DNA of 64,000 nucleotides from a bacterium (GCA_965200245.1 CBDATS010000002.1:256001-320000); one strand, 5' to 3'; counted from the first letter of the stretch, positions 40,282 through 50,272 are shown. Notes: generated from the sequence alone by a model not told the origin. Numbers and translations are program-made.

Positions 40282-41727
40282 CTACTTCGTGATCCCCCCG
40301 CCCATTCGGGCGACAGAGCCGCTTAGAGCAACCGGGAACACGTTTTCCTCATCGGGTATGAGTTTACCGGGGTTCATCAAGCCATCCTCGTCGATGGCGT
40401 CGCGCACGCGCTCCATAATCTGGAGGGTAGGCTCATCAAACTGATCCTTCATTTCCCTGATCTTCTCGATGCCTATGCCGTGCTCGCCTGACAGCACACC
40501 CCCTGCGCGTATGCACGCACGAAGCACTTCCGCCCCGCATTCTATCGCCCGTTCGGTTTCGCCGGGCACCCGATCATCGAACAGGACGTTGGGGTGCAGG
40601 CTCCCGTCTCCCGCGTGGAAGACGTTTGTGATGCGCAAGTCATAGCGAGAGGCGATTTCATCGAATTCATCAAGTACCTGCGCCAGCTTCGAGCGGGGAA
40701 CCGTGCCATCAAGACAATAGTAAGTCGGGGCGATCACACCGAAGGCGCCGAACGCCTTTTTCCGGCCCATCCACAGGCCTTCACGTTCCTCCTCGGTCTG
40801 CGCGACTCTAAACGATGAGCAATTATTCTTCTCGCTTATATCCCGAATCAAAGTTTCGAGCGGTCTCATGGAAGACGGCAGGCCGTCGAGTTCAATCAGC
40901 AATACGGCCTCGGCGTCCCTGGGATAGCCCGCCTGAACCACCGTCTCGACCGCCTCGACTGTGTAGCGATCCATCAATTCCATTGCGGCGGGCACGGCCC
41001 CGGCCGCGATAACATCGCTCACCGTCCGGCACGCATCCTTTACCTGAGAGAAACACGCGAGCATGGTGCGCACGCTCTCGGGATTGGGCGTGAGTCGCAA
41101 GGTGAGTTCCGTGATTACTGCGAACGTACCCTCCGAACCGATGAAGAACCCGCGCAGATCCAGACCCGGCGTGTCCTCTCCGTCCGCGCCCAGATGCACC
41201 ACCTCGCCCGAGGGCAGGACGACGGTCATCCCCATGATGTGGTTCGTCGTCATCCCGTATTTCAGGCAATGTGCACCGCCCGAGTTCTCCGCCGCGTTGC
41301 CGCCGATGGTACAGGCCGCCTGACTGGAAGGATCGGGCGCGTAATGAAAGCCATGCGGCAGAGTCTCGCGTGATAGGTGGAGATTCACCACCCCGGGCTG
41401 CACGCGCGCAAGGCGATTCTCGTAGTCCAGTTCGAGAATCCTGTTCATCCGCGTGAAGACGATGAGCACTCCGCCCGGCAGGGGCGTCGCGCCTCCCGAA
41501 AGACCCGTGCCGGCGCCTCTCGCGATCAGGGGCACGCGGTATTCGCGGCAGATTCCCACGATTTGGTGGACTTCTTCCGTGCTCTCGGGCAAAACGACAG
41601 CCGAGGGGATGCCCTTGTAGATCGTGAGGCCGTCGCAATCATACGTCCTGAGCGCCACCGGATCGGTGTGGATGAATTCTTCTCCCACCACACCTGTCAA
41701 TTTTTGAATGAACCCGGCGCTGTCCAC
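40282..41727 (-). CDS. glcD: Glycolate oxidase subunit
   Basis: RGAGTGLSGG, PDPSSQ, NSGGAHCLKYG, HAGDG, SGEHGIG; GTG start chosen. Confidence 0.92.
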   Translation of the reverse strand: MDSAGFIQKLTGVVGEEFIHTDPVALRTYDCDGLTIYKGIPSAVVLPESTEEVHQIVGICREYRVPLIARGAGTGLSGGATPLPGGVLIVFTRMNRILELDYENRLARVQPGVVNLHLSRETLPHGFHYAPDPSSQAACTIGGNAAENSGGAHCLKYGMTTNHIMGMTVVLPSGEVVHLGADGEDTPGLDLRGFFIGSEGTFAVITELTLRLTPNPESVRTMLACFSQVKDACRTVSDVIAAGAVPAAMELMDRYTVEAVETVVQAGYPRDAEAVLLIELDGLPSSMRPLETLIRDISEKNNCSSFRVAQTEEEREGLWMGRKKAFGAFGVIAPTYYCLDGTVPRSKLAQVLDEFDEIASRYDLRITNVFHAGDGSLHPNVLFDDRVPGETERAIECGAEVLRACIRAGGVLSGEHGIGIEKIREMKDQFDEPTLQIMERVRDAIDEDGLMNPGKLIPDEENVFPVALSGSVARMGGGITK

Positions 41728-41825
41728 CTCAAAACCCCCGCGGTGCTTTCTGAATTTGCAAAAACACATTAGAGTAGCGCCATTATACCCATGCTTTTGA
41801 AAAATACGAACGGAAAGGCGAATAC

Positions 41826-43127
41826 TTGGATAATTCCGGCGACTCCACCCAGGCTTCGGGCCATTCCGCAGGGCACGGGCGATCGGGCAGTTTTTATTAT
41901 GGGTGGGTGATCGTCGGCGTATCATTCACCACCATGGCCTTCCACATGGCGGCCACCTTTTCCTTCTCCCTGTTTCAGGTTCCCCTTATTGAGGAATTCG
42001 ACTGGAGCCGGGGTGCACTGGGCGGTGCATTCGCGCTGAGCATGGGCCTCTATGCCATCTGCAGCCCCACGGCAGGTGCCATTTTGGAGAGAAAAGGCCC
42101 GAGAGCACTTATCCCGTGGGGGTCCGCCTTGATCGGGGCAGGACTGACGCTCGGCTTTTTCATCTCCTCACTCTGGCACTCGTATCTGTTTCTCGGAGTC
42201 CTGATCGGCATAGGGCTCGCGTTGAGCGGATTCGTGACGCATAACGCGATCCTTCCTCGATGGTTCTTCAGGAACCGGGGGCTGGCGGCGGGCATCGCCA
42301 TCTCGGGCATCGGCATCGGTTCGTTTATCCTGATGCCCATTATCGAGAGAACCATTGCCATCTTCGGATGGCGCTACGCCTACCTGATTTTCGGCGGGTC
42401 GATACTTTTCCTGCTCCTGCCACTCAAGATTCTCCTCCTCAGAAACAACCCTTCTGACGTCGGCCAGAACATCGATGGCGTATCGGACGAAGAAGCCGCC
42501 GGAATTTCGAGGCCCACCGTTTCCCATTCCCGGAAAGTGGGAGAGGTGTTCTGGCTGGTGAAAGGGGAAAGAAACTTCTGGGCGTTGATGATACTCGCAT
42601 TCGTCATCGGCCTGAACAACAACTCCATCTGGAGCCAGTTGCAGATATTCTTCGTCGACGCGAAGTTCAGCACCGCATTTGGCGCCTTTGTTTTCGGTCT
42701 CACCGGCGCTATCCGGATTCTGGGCAGCGTGGTGCTGGGATGGGCAAGCGATCGCATCGCACGCAAAAGAACCCAGGCCATTTCCCTTTTCCTGGCAGGA
42801 CTCGGCGTCCTCGTTTTGCTTTCCGTGCCCCATATGAGCTACGGCGCCGCTTTGGCCTTTTCCTTCGCCGCGATTTACGGCTTCGGTGTTGGTGGCATGT
42901 CAACGTGCTACGCGGCCATGTGCGCGGACGCTTATGCCGGACGATCATTCGCCGTCATCATGGGGTTACTGGAAATCGCCTTTGGTCTCGGGGGATTCAT
43001 CGGTCCCCCGATGGCGGGCTTCATGTTCGACTATACGGGAAGCTATGTGTTGCCCTTCTGCATCATAATTATTTTTCAGGCACTCGCCCTTCTCGTTTGC
43101 CAGTTCGTCTACAGTTCCGACAGGTGA
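41826..43127 (+). CDS. MFS transporter (MCT/OFA-like)
   Basis: YYGWVIV, WFFRNRGLA, GFMFDYTGSY. Confidence 0.9.
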   Translation: MDNSGDSTQASGHSAGHGRSGSFYYGWVIVGVSFTTMAFHMAATFSFSLFQVPLIEEFDWSRGALGGAFALSMGLYAICSPTAGAILERKGPRALIPWGSALIGAGLTLGFFISSLWHSYLFLGVLIGIGLALSGFVTHNAILPRWFFRNRGLAAGIAISGIGIGSFILMPIIERTIAIFGWRYAYLIFGGSILFLLLPLKILLLRNNPSDVGQNIDGVSDEEAAGISRPTVSHSRKVGEVFWLVKGERNFWALMILAFVIGLNNNSIWSQLQIFFVDAKFSTAFGAFVFGLTGAIRILGSVVLGWASDRIARKRTQAISLFLAGLGVLVLLSVPHMSYGAALAFSFAAIYGFGVGGMSTCYAAMCADAYAGRSFAVIMGLLEIAFGLGGFIGPPMAGFMFDYTGSYVLPFCIIIIFQALALLVCQFVYSSDR

Positions 43128-43135
43128 GACCCCCC

Positions 43136-44422
43136 ATGGATAGGGAGAGAACCACCCGTCCGTGGATTTATTACGGATGGATCATCGTCGGTACGTCTTT
43201 CACCGCCATGGCGTTTCATCAAACGGCGCGTTTTTCATTTTCCATATTTCAGGTTCCCCTGATTCAGGAATTCGGCTGGGGACGCGGCGCCCTCGGAGGA
43301 GCCTACGCCCTGATGCTGGGTTGCTACGCCCTGTTCAGCCCTATCATGGGCAACCTCCTCGACAAAAAGGGCGCGCGCGCGGTCTTGCCGTGGGGTTCGG
43401 TGTTCGTCGGCACAGGCTTCACTCTCGCTTATTTCATCAGTGAACTCTGGCACGTCTACCTCGTTCCCTGCCTGTTCGTCGGAATCGGAATGGCACTAAG
43501 CGGCTTTGCAATGCACAGCGCCCTCATGCCCCAGTGGTTCCAGAAAAAACGGGGCCTCGCCACGGGACTGGCTCTCTCGGGAAGCGGAACGGGCATTCTG
43601 CTTTTCATTCCCCTCATCGAGTGGCTGATCGCCACGAACGGATGGCGCCTGACATACCTGATTTTCGGCCTGGCCGTGCTCTTCATCGTCGTCCCCCTCA
43701 CGGCGCTTTTACTCCGAAGAGGACCCGAAGAGGCGGGGCAGCACATAGACGGAGAAGACGAGCCTCCCGATCATTCCACACACGAAGCAAGCGAAAAACC
43801 GCCCAGTCCTCCCTTGCCGGAGGTGTTTCGCCAGGTCTGCCGGGAAAAGAACTTCTGGACACTACTCATCGTCGTCTTCTTCATGGGACTCAACAACAAC
43901 TCGATATTGAGCCAACTCCAACTCTATCTGGTAGATGCCGAATACAGTACGGTTCTGGCAGCTTTTTTCTTCGGGATGCTGGGCGCGATCCGGATGCTCG
44001 CCACGTTTTCCATGGGCTGGTTGAGTGATTTCATCGGCAGGCAGCGCGCCCAAGCGTTTTCTTCTTTCATCACTGTTTGCGGAATCGCTATCTTGCTGTC
44101 CATCCCTTATATGACCCATATGTCGTCGAAAATCCTGATGGGATGGGCCTTCGTCTTCGTGTATGGAATGGGCCTCGGCGGAATGAGTGTATGCCATTCA
44201 TCCATGTCCGCCGATGCGTTCAAAGGCCCCTCTTTCGGAGCCACTATCGGCCTGCTCGAGATTTTCTTCGGGCTTGGGGGGTTCATCGGCCCGCCGCTGT
44301 CGGGTTTCATCTTCGACTACACGGGAAGCTATATGCTCCCCTTTGTCGGGATAGCGGCCGGTCTGGTTTGCTGTATCTTCATGTGCCTGTTCGTTTATGA
44401 AACACCGAAAGGGACTGCATGA
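43136..44422 (+). CDS. MFS transporter, tandem paralog of the previous gene
   Basis: YYGWIIV, WFQKKRGLA, GFIFDYTGSY, shared GLNNNSI. Confidence 0.9.
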   Translation: MDRERTTRPWIYYGWIIVGTSFTAMAFHQTARFSFSIFQVPLIQEFGWGRGALGGAYALMLGCYALFSPIMGNLLDKKGARAVLPWGSVFVGTGFTLAYFISELWHVYLVPCLFVGIGMALSGFAMHSALMPQWFQKKRGLATGLALSGSGTGILLFIPLIEWLIATNGWRLTYLIFGLAVLFIVVPLTALLLRRGPEEAGQHIDGEDEPPDHSTHEASEKPPSPPLPEVFRQVCREKNFWTLLIVVFFMGLNNNSILSQLQLYLVDAEYSTVLAAFFFGMLGAIRMLATFSMGWLSDFIGRQRAQAFSSFITVCGIAILLSIPYMTHMSSKILMGWAFVFVYGMGLGGMSVCHSSMSADAFKGPSFGATIGLLEIFFGLGGFIGPPLSGFIFDYTGSYMLPFVGIAAGLVCCIFMCLFVYETPKGTA

Positions 44423-44434
44423 TTACGGCAATCG

Positions 44435-45257
44435 TCAAAAGGACCGGCTCAGGACTTCCAGAACCAGGGCGGCCTTCGCCCTGTCGCCCTCAATACGGAG
44501 ACGACCCGTTCTTTCCTGAACATCCAGACTCGCCCGGCCCGTGGCAAGCAACACGAGGTCGCTTCCGCCACATACCACGCGCGCATCGCAATCCCCATGA
44601 GCGGCATACACGATTTCAGAATGCCCCACCTGGATATTCAGCGTCCATTTGCGTTCCGGTTCTTTCGTCTCGAAGCAGATGGTGCCGCTAAAATCCTTGT
44701 CCCCACGGGCACCAAAGAAGATGAGAAAACGCTCGGGCAGGCAATCTACGGCGATGGAAAGCGATGGGACATGCAAGGCGTCATCGGGCTGATTCCGGAT
44801 ATCCCAATCGTGGAGAATCAGTTCATACAACCTTTGCCCCGGAAAAGTACGGATTGGACATGGCGCGAGCCAATGCCAGGTATGCTTGTCCAGATCATCG
44901 TGACAAACCTTCCCGAAAACTTCCTGCAAACGCCATATGGCTTCGGCGAAGGCTTCTATCCGCTCATCACTTGAAAGAGCTGCGAGTTCGTCTCCCACTT
45001 TTTTTTCTGCAGGACCAGAACGAGTCCAGATCCGAAGCGTCGAAAGGCATTTCCAGCCGTCCGGCGGCGCCCGCAGGAATGACATGCTCATAAAAGCGCG
45101 CACCCAGCGTCATGTGCGCCACCACGTCGGACACGCACCAGCCCGGACAAAAGGTTGGCGTATGCCACTGCCGTTCGCTCAGGCCACGCAACTTCTCGAT
45201 GAACCTGTGGTTTTCCTTTTCCACCCAGGATACGACGTGCTCGAAAAAGTTTGCCAT
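44435..45257 (-). pseudogene. Maleylpyruvate isomerase (MDMPI/DinB) family protein with SCP2-like C-terminus, frameshifted at an A8 run
   Basis: PTFCPGWCVSDVVAH in one frame and ELILHDWDIR in another; they join if the T8 run at 44999-45006 is T7. Confidence 0.75.
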
Positions 45258-45276
45258 CGCGAAATTTCCGCCGGAA

Positions 45277-46329
45277 TCAGACGGGTGTCGCCACTTTGAG
45301 TTCTTCCGCGAGTTCCGACACCTGCTTCCAGACGCCTTCCCCTACAGGGATTCCTTCCCGCAGCCTTCTTTCCTTTTCCCTGAAACTGCGCTCCCCCGGC
45401 AAGCGAATTTCCTCTACACCAGGAGCCTTGCGCGTACCTTTCACTTCAACGGCATGCGCCTCCACCATCTCCCGGAACAGTCCCGGATCCCCGAAGGCGG
45501 CAGGATCGATCGCGATGAACAAATCTCCCTTGTCGTAGTGTCCCTGCTGCACCGATTCGCCGAGCGGCTTGCCGACCTTGGCTCCGAGCAAGGGACCCGC
45601 CAAAAGGCCGATCAACAGGCAGAGCCCATAACCCTTATGCTCGCCAAAGGGAGCGACGGCGCCCGCGGCGGCGGTCCTGGCGTCTGTCGTCGGTTCCCCA
45701 TCCGGTCCCACCGCCACGCCTTCAGGAATCGGATCGCCCGTAACGCTTGCCTTCAGGATCATCCCGAAAGGAATTGCGCTCGTTGCAAAATCGAGAAGCA
45801 CGGGTTCATCCCCGCTTCTTGGAACGGCGATCGAAAAGGGGTTTGTTCCCAACAGACGCTCCACTCCCCCGAATGGATGCACAAGCGGTTGCGTGACACC
45901 TGCCACGATTCCCACGCAGCCTGTCCGGGCGATTCGCTCGGCATAATAGCCTGTCATGCAGATATGGTCGCTGTTCACGACGCCTACGGTACAAGAACCC
46001 GCCTTTTCCGCCTTCCGGGCAGCGAGGCTCGCTCCATAGGTCGCGCCTACGGGCCCCATCGAACGGTCGCCCTCCACCAACGCGGACCCTTCCCTCTCGA
46101 GAACAACGTGGGGTCTGGCGCGGGCACGGATCATCCCGCTCTGGATTCTTCTGACCAGGTTCGGCAGACGGATGAGGCCGTGGGTGGAATAACCCCTGAG
46201 ATCGGCTTCTATCAATACGTCGGCCGTCGTCATCGATTGCTCGTGCGAACACCCTACGGCAACCAGGATACGCTCCATCAAATCGCGCAGAGCGTCTGCG
46301 TTGATGATACGCTCTTCCGTTTGACTCAT
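45277..46329 (-). CDS. Ldh_2 family (malate/L-sulfolactate/ureidoglycolate) dehydrogenase
   Basis: ADLRG..THG..RL, GTNP, DFATS, HKGYGL, RLPGER. Confidence 0.9.
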   Translation of the reverse strand: MSQTEERIINADALRDLMERILVAVGCSHEQSMTTADVLIEADLRGYSTHGLIRLPNLVRRIQSGMIRARARPHVVLEREGSALVEGDRSMGPVGATYGASLAARKAEKAGSCTVGVVNSDHICMTGYYAERIARTGCVGIVAGVTQPLVHPFGGVERLLGTNPFSIAVPRSGDEPVLLDFATSAIPFGMILKASVTGDPIPEGVAVGPDGEPTTDARTAAAGAVAPFGEHKGYGLCLLIGLLAGPLLGAKVGKPLGESVQQGHYDKGDLFIAIDPAAFGDPGLFREMVEAHAVEVKGTRKAPGVEEIRLPGERSFREKERRLREGIPVGEGVWKQVSELAEELKVATPV

Positions 46330-46351
46330 TTGTGCGAAAACCTTTCCGTTT

Positions 46352-46861
46352 CTAAAGATCGGGGTTCGGAGCGGAAACGCTCGGCTTGGTGACACTCATC
46401 ATCCAGCAATAGATTTCTATCCGGTTGCCGTCGGGATCGAGAAAATAGAACGCATGGCTTCCACTTCCGCCGATAAACCCGTTCTCGTCCAGCCCTTCAT
46501 GTGCATGGACATAGGGACCGGAGACGAATTCCACGCCACAGGATTTCACATGTTCCTGGGCGAGAAGCCAGTCTTCGCGATTCGTCACCTCGAAAGCCAG
46601 ATGGTGCAATCCGACATCCGTACGATGCTCCGAATCGGTTGTGGCAAGTCCCGCTTTGACGGCGTCTTCGGACAACTCGAAAAGCACCACGGTATGGTGT
46701 TTTTCCGCGCAGCGCATGAAACAAATCGGACGATAGAAATCTGGCGGCCCCCATTTGCCCGTCAGTTTGAGGCCTACCACATCACGATAGAACTTTATGG
46801 ATCTATCCACATCACTCACATGGATCCCGATGTGGCCCAGCCCCGCGATGTTGCAACCCAT
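46352..46861 (-). CDS. VOC family protein (extradiol dioxygenase-like)
   Basis: LGHIGIHV, GLHHLAFEV, YFLDPDGNRIEIY. Confidence 0.85.
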   Translation of the reverse strand: MGCNIAGLGHIGIHVSDVDRSIKFYRDVVGLKLTGKWGPPDFYRPICFMRCAEKHHTVVLFELSEDAVKAGLATTDSEHRTDVGLHHLAFEVTNREDWLLAQEHVKSCGVEFVSGPYVHAHEGLDENGFIGGSGSHAFYFLDPDGNRIEIYCWMMSVTKPSVSAPNPDL

Positions 46862-47007
46862 GCCATATCCCCCCAGAAACAAATACAGTGCGGAAAAATT
46901 TCGTTTGCCTTACTTGGTGGGCCATCATACCATGCGCTGGCGCGGTTTGGCGCGCAAGAGTCCAGTTTGTGCTTCAGTCGTTTCATGCCGGATGAAAGGG
47001 GTTTCGA

Positions 47008-47835
47008 ATGTCAAATAAAACAGGTTTCATCGCCATTTTGCTGACCGGAGCCACCATCTTCTCCAGCGTTTTCCTGCTGACATCCTCTTACAGTCAGAAA
47101 GAGTCTCCCGCGACAGTCATGCTCTCCTCCCAGGAAACAAGACAGAAAGGGGAACCCGAGTCCACACTCGTGGCGCAAAACCTAGACAAAAGCCAAATCG
47201 AGAAAATCATCAGAGAATACCTCATCAACAATCCCGAGGTACTCGAAGAAGCCATAAGAGCCCTGCAGGCCAGGCGAGAAGCAAGGAGACAGGCCGCGGC
47301 CCACGCCTCGATTCAGAAAAACAGGAAACAAATCTATGAAGACCCCGAAGATCCCGTAGGCGGCAACCCCAACGGGGACGTCACGATTGTGGAGTTTTTC
47401 GATTACAGATGCGGTTACTGCAAACGAGTGGCCCCGCTCGTGGAGGAAGTGCTCGCGAAAGACAGGAATATCCGTATCGTCTACAAGGAATTGCCCGTAC
47501 TGGGCCCGAACTCCGTATTGGCTTCCCGAGCGGCACTCGCCTCGCGCAAGCAGGGAAAATACATCGCCTTTCACAAAGCCCTCATCAAGGCCAGGATATC
47601 TTATGACGAAGCAAGCATCATGAGGGTCGCCGCCAACCTGGGTATCGACACAGTCCGCCTGAAAGAAGACATGGCGTCCCCCCGCATCCAGGCCCAACTC
47701 GCCAGGAATCGCGCCCTAGCGCGCTCCCTGAGCATACGAGGCACACCCGCCTTTATTGTCGGGGAGCAACTCTTCCCGGGCGCGCTCACCTCGGCACAAC
47801 TCGCCGCCATGATTCAACAAGCGAGAAGGAAATAG
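47008..47835 (+). CDS. DsbA family thiol-disulfide oxidoreductase
   Basis: Signal peptide, EFFDYRCGYCK, GTPAF. Confidence 0.93.
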   Translation: MSNKTGFIAILLTGATIFSSVFLLTSSYSQKESPATVMLSSQETRQKGEPESTLVAQNLDKSQIEKIIREYLINNPEVLEEAIRALQARREARRQAAAHASIQKNRKQIYEDPEDPVGGNPNGDVTIVEFFDYRCGYCKRVAPLVEEVLAKDRNIRIVYKELPVLGPNSVLASRAALASRKQGKYIAFHKALIKARISYDEASIMRVAANLGIDTVRLKEDMASPRIQAQLARNRALARSLSIRGTPAFIVGEQLFPGALTSAQLAAMIQQARRK

Positions 47836-47899
47836 GGAATTCGGAGAAATAAAAACCGAACGAAGAAAAACCCGGGAAGAGCTATTTGAAGAACTCGTC

Positions 47900-48382
47900 A
47901 TGAAGGAAATATCCGATGCCTTCGCAAAGAATGAATGGGCTGATTTGGATAAGAATGAAGAACTTCATCGGTCTTTAGACTATCTTGAGTCGACAGGATT
48001 GCGACCTGACAGAAGAAAAGACGATATGGAAGAGCTTGATATGGATCTGGGTCACCTTTGTTCACTAGGATTGCAACCTTACAGGAAGTGCGACGACGAG
48101 GAAGAACTTCTTGTTTCTTCGGATGATGATTTTACGGATATCAAGATATGGACTGCCGAGGATCAGGAATGGATTGATGACCCGTGGGCCGCAAGTGAAA
48201 AGTGCAATTTCAGCAAAGAAAGCCTCAGGTTTCCGAATGACAGTATGTTTATTCATGTTATGGAACGATATGTAAAGACATGGGATGAAATCATAGAAAG
48301 ACTTAGACAGTATCCAGGGAATGAAACCGGAGATGCCCTGACCTATTATCCTCCGGGGCATCGAATAGACAAGGAATCATAA
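47900..48382 (+). CDS. Hypothetical acidic protein (AT-rich, possibly a fragment)
   Basis: 160-aa open frame with lower GC; no recognised motif. Confidence 0.45.
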   Translation: MKEISDAFAKNEWADLDKNEELHRSLDYLESTGLRPDRRKDDMEELDMDLGHLCSLGLQPYRKCDDEEELLVSSDDDFTDIKIWTAEDQEWIDDPWAASEKCNFSKESLRFPNDSMFIHVMERYVKTWDEIIERLRQYPGNETGDALTYYPPGHRIDKES

Positions 48383-48603
48383 AGCAAAACTGATTTGGCT
48401 TTTATTCATTCTTGGTTCATCCAAAACCATCTCATGGTGTTTATCTGCAAACTCAAAGATGGCTTCTTGCGGGTCTTTGTTCTCGGCGATTTCCTTCCGG
48501 TGGTCTTCCAGGTCATTGAGCAGGACATATGTGATTCGTTTCATATCAGGCATTTGATTCGTTCTCCTATGTGTATAAATATGATTGCTGCTATTTCGGG
48601 AAT

Positions 48604-48852
48604 TACATACTTGATTTCACAAGTCTGAATCCCTGAATTCTGGAAAAACGGATCCTCCGGCCGCCGGTTTCCCGGGAGAGGAGGGGACATATGGACGGGT
48701 TTCCGGGAGGAAGCCTGTTCCTCACGAGAAAAACGTCAAAAATTTCTTGCGTTTCCACCGGAATGTCCCGTATCCTGTTCATGATGCAAAAGAAAAACGA
48801 AAGCAGCGTGGGTGTCAACCCATACCCATTTCTCTCGGGAAAGGAGACCAGG
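48604..48852 (+). promoter_or_regulatory. Conserved non-coding 5' element of NHLP precursor locus 2
   Basis: Homologous to 6414-6591, with an extra segment between two AGAAAAACG copies. Confidence 0.75.
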
Positions 48853-49122
48853 ATGAAATCTGCTACAGAGATGCGGCAGCAGCTGAGTGAGAAGGCAGGC
48901 ACGGACGAGGCGTTCCGGCAGAAACTGCTCGACGACCCGCGCGGCACGATCGAAAGCGAGTTCGATGTCGCCCTGCCGGCCGGTTTTTCGGTTTCGGTGC
49001 TCGAGGACAGTGCGGATCATGCGCATCTGGTGATCCCGCCCTCGTCGCTGATCCCCGACAGCGACCTCGAGAGCGTCAGCGGCGGGATAGACCGGTGGGG
49101 TAGCCGCGACTACGGCCCCTGA
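48853..49122 (+). CDS. NHLP-leader RiPP precursor 2; core IDRWGSRDYGP
   Basis: KAGTDEAFRQKLLDDPR, HLVIPP, DLESVSGG double-glycine motif; AAGGAG RBS. Confidence 0.88.
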   Translation: MKSATEMRQQLSEKAGTDEAFRQKLLDDPRGTIESEFDVALPAGFSVSVLEDSADHAHLVIPPSSLIPDSDLESVSGGIDRWGSRDYGP

Positions 49123-49162
49123 CCCTGGCGGGGGGATCTCGCGGGCGTCAGCGGCGGCGCCT

Positions 49163-49393
49163 GAGAAAGCAGAGGCCAGCGAGGAGTTCCGCGCCCGCCT
49201 GCTCGCTGACCCGAAGGCCGTGGTATCCGAGGAGGTCGGAATCGCTCTTCCGGATGATTGTAACCTCCATGTCGTGTCGGATGACGCGGAAAACGGCTAT
49301 CTGGTACTCCCGCCTGCGCCCCGACTCACCGAGGAACAGCTGGAAGATGCCAGCGGCGGTGTATACGATCCGTTTGGCGGTCAAATGCCTTGA
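49163..49393 (+). pseudogene. NHLP-leader precursor 3 lacking a start codon; core VYDPFGGQMP
   Basis: EKAEASEEFRARLLADPK...YLVLPPAPRLTEEQLEDASGG; no ATG/GTG/TTG in frame back to TAG 49088. Confidence 0.8.
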
Positions 49394-49445
49394 CGATCAC
49401 GGCTGGTATCAATAAGAGAAGTCATATACGAAAGGGCCCACTTTC

Positions 49446-49517
49446 GAGTTGCTGTCAGATCCGGTGTATGGACTGAATGGAAGAAGGCGGCGCATACACT
49501 GGTTCTGACAGTAATTC
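49446..49517. mobile_element. 72-bp MITE-like element with IS256-type ends
   Basis: 25-bp imperfect inverted repeats GAGTTGCTGTCAGATCCGGTGTATG / CATACACTGGTTCTGACAGTAATTC matching the IS end at 56692. Confidence 0.7.
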
Positions 49518-49692
49518 CGCCCGTGACGCAAAACGATACACCCGGAAACGCAAAAATCGAGATATTCGTACTTGCGGATTCAAGTAGATAATTCCCGCTA
49601 TTCTTTATACTTTGAGGCCGGTGGAGGATGTGGGAATTTGAGGAGTCGCTATTTCTAGAATGAAGGGATTGATTCCCAAAAAAATAAAACAA

Positions 49693-49724
49693 AAAAGCCC
49701 CGGAGAATGATCTCCGGGACTTTT
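49693..49724 (-). terminator. Intrinsic terminator
   Basis: AAAAGCCCCGGAGA-ATGA-TCTCCGGGACTTTT downstream of the PPOX gene. Confidence 0.7.
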
Positions 49725-49739
49725 CAATCACCAGTATAC

Positions 49740-50192
49740 TCAGTCCACCGTCACAGAACCCATCAACTTTCTGCGATAATCCCACCATTTCCATTTCCTG
49801 GGCACCATGGTGATGCGCACACGTATTTTTTGCGCGATGGGTGTGTTGACATAGTTCGCCCACATCTCAGGTCCGAAGAAGTGATCCACAACGCTTTTCA
49901 GTCCTTCGTGATCCGTTCCCAGCACCTCGGAAACCTGGGCCTCTCCCTCTACGACAACGGCACGGAAAGGAGCTTCGTCATCATCGATGCAGATGGAAAA
50001 CGCCGCGTTCCGCCTCAAATTCCTCACCGAAACGGAATCATCACCCGTGCTGATGAAAAAACTCCCATCCTCGGGATCGAACAGATACAGAAGCGGCACG
50101 ACGTGCGGCGAGCCATCCGCATTCGTGGTGGCGATTCTCGCCATGTGGGGTTCCAACAAAAATTCATCCATCTCGGTAGGACGCTCGGCCAT
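49740..50192 (-). CDS. Pyridoxamine 5'-phosphate oxidase family (split-barrel) protein
   Basis: IATTNADGSPHVVP, RNLRRN, VVVEGEA. Confidence 0.85.
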   Translation of the reverse strand: MAERPTEMDEFLLEPHMARIATTNADGSPHVVPLLYLFDPEDGSFFISTGDDSVSVRNLRRNAAFSICIDDDEAPFRAVVVEGEAQVSEVLGTDHEGLKSVVDHFFGPEMWANYVNTPIAQKIRVRITMVPRKWKWWDYRRKLMGSVTVD

Positions 50193-50272
50193 TTATCTTC
50201 TCCTCTCGAAAAGTCATGATGTCATGAATCATTTCGGCATTATCTTATCAGAAAAGTTGCCGGATTCCTTCT

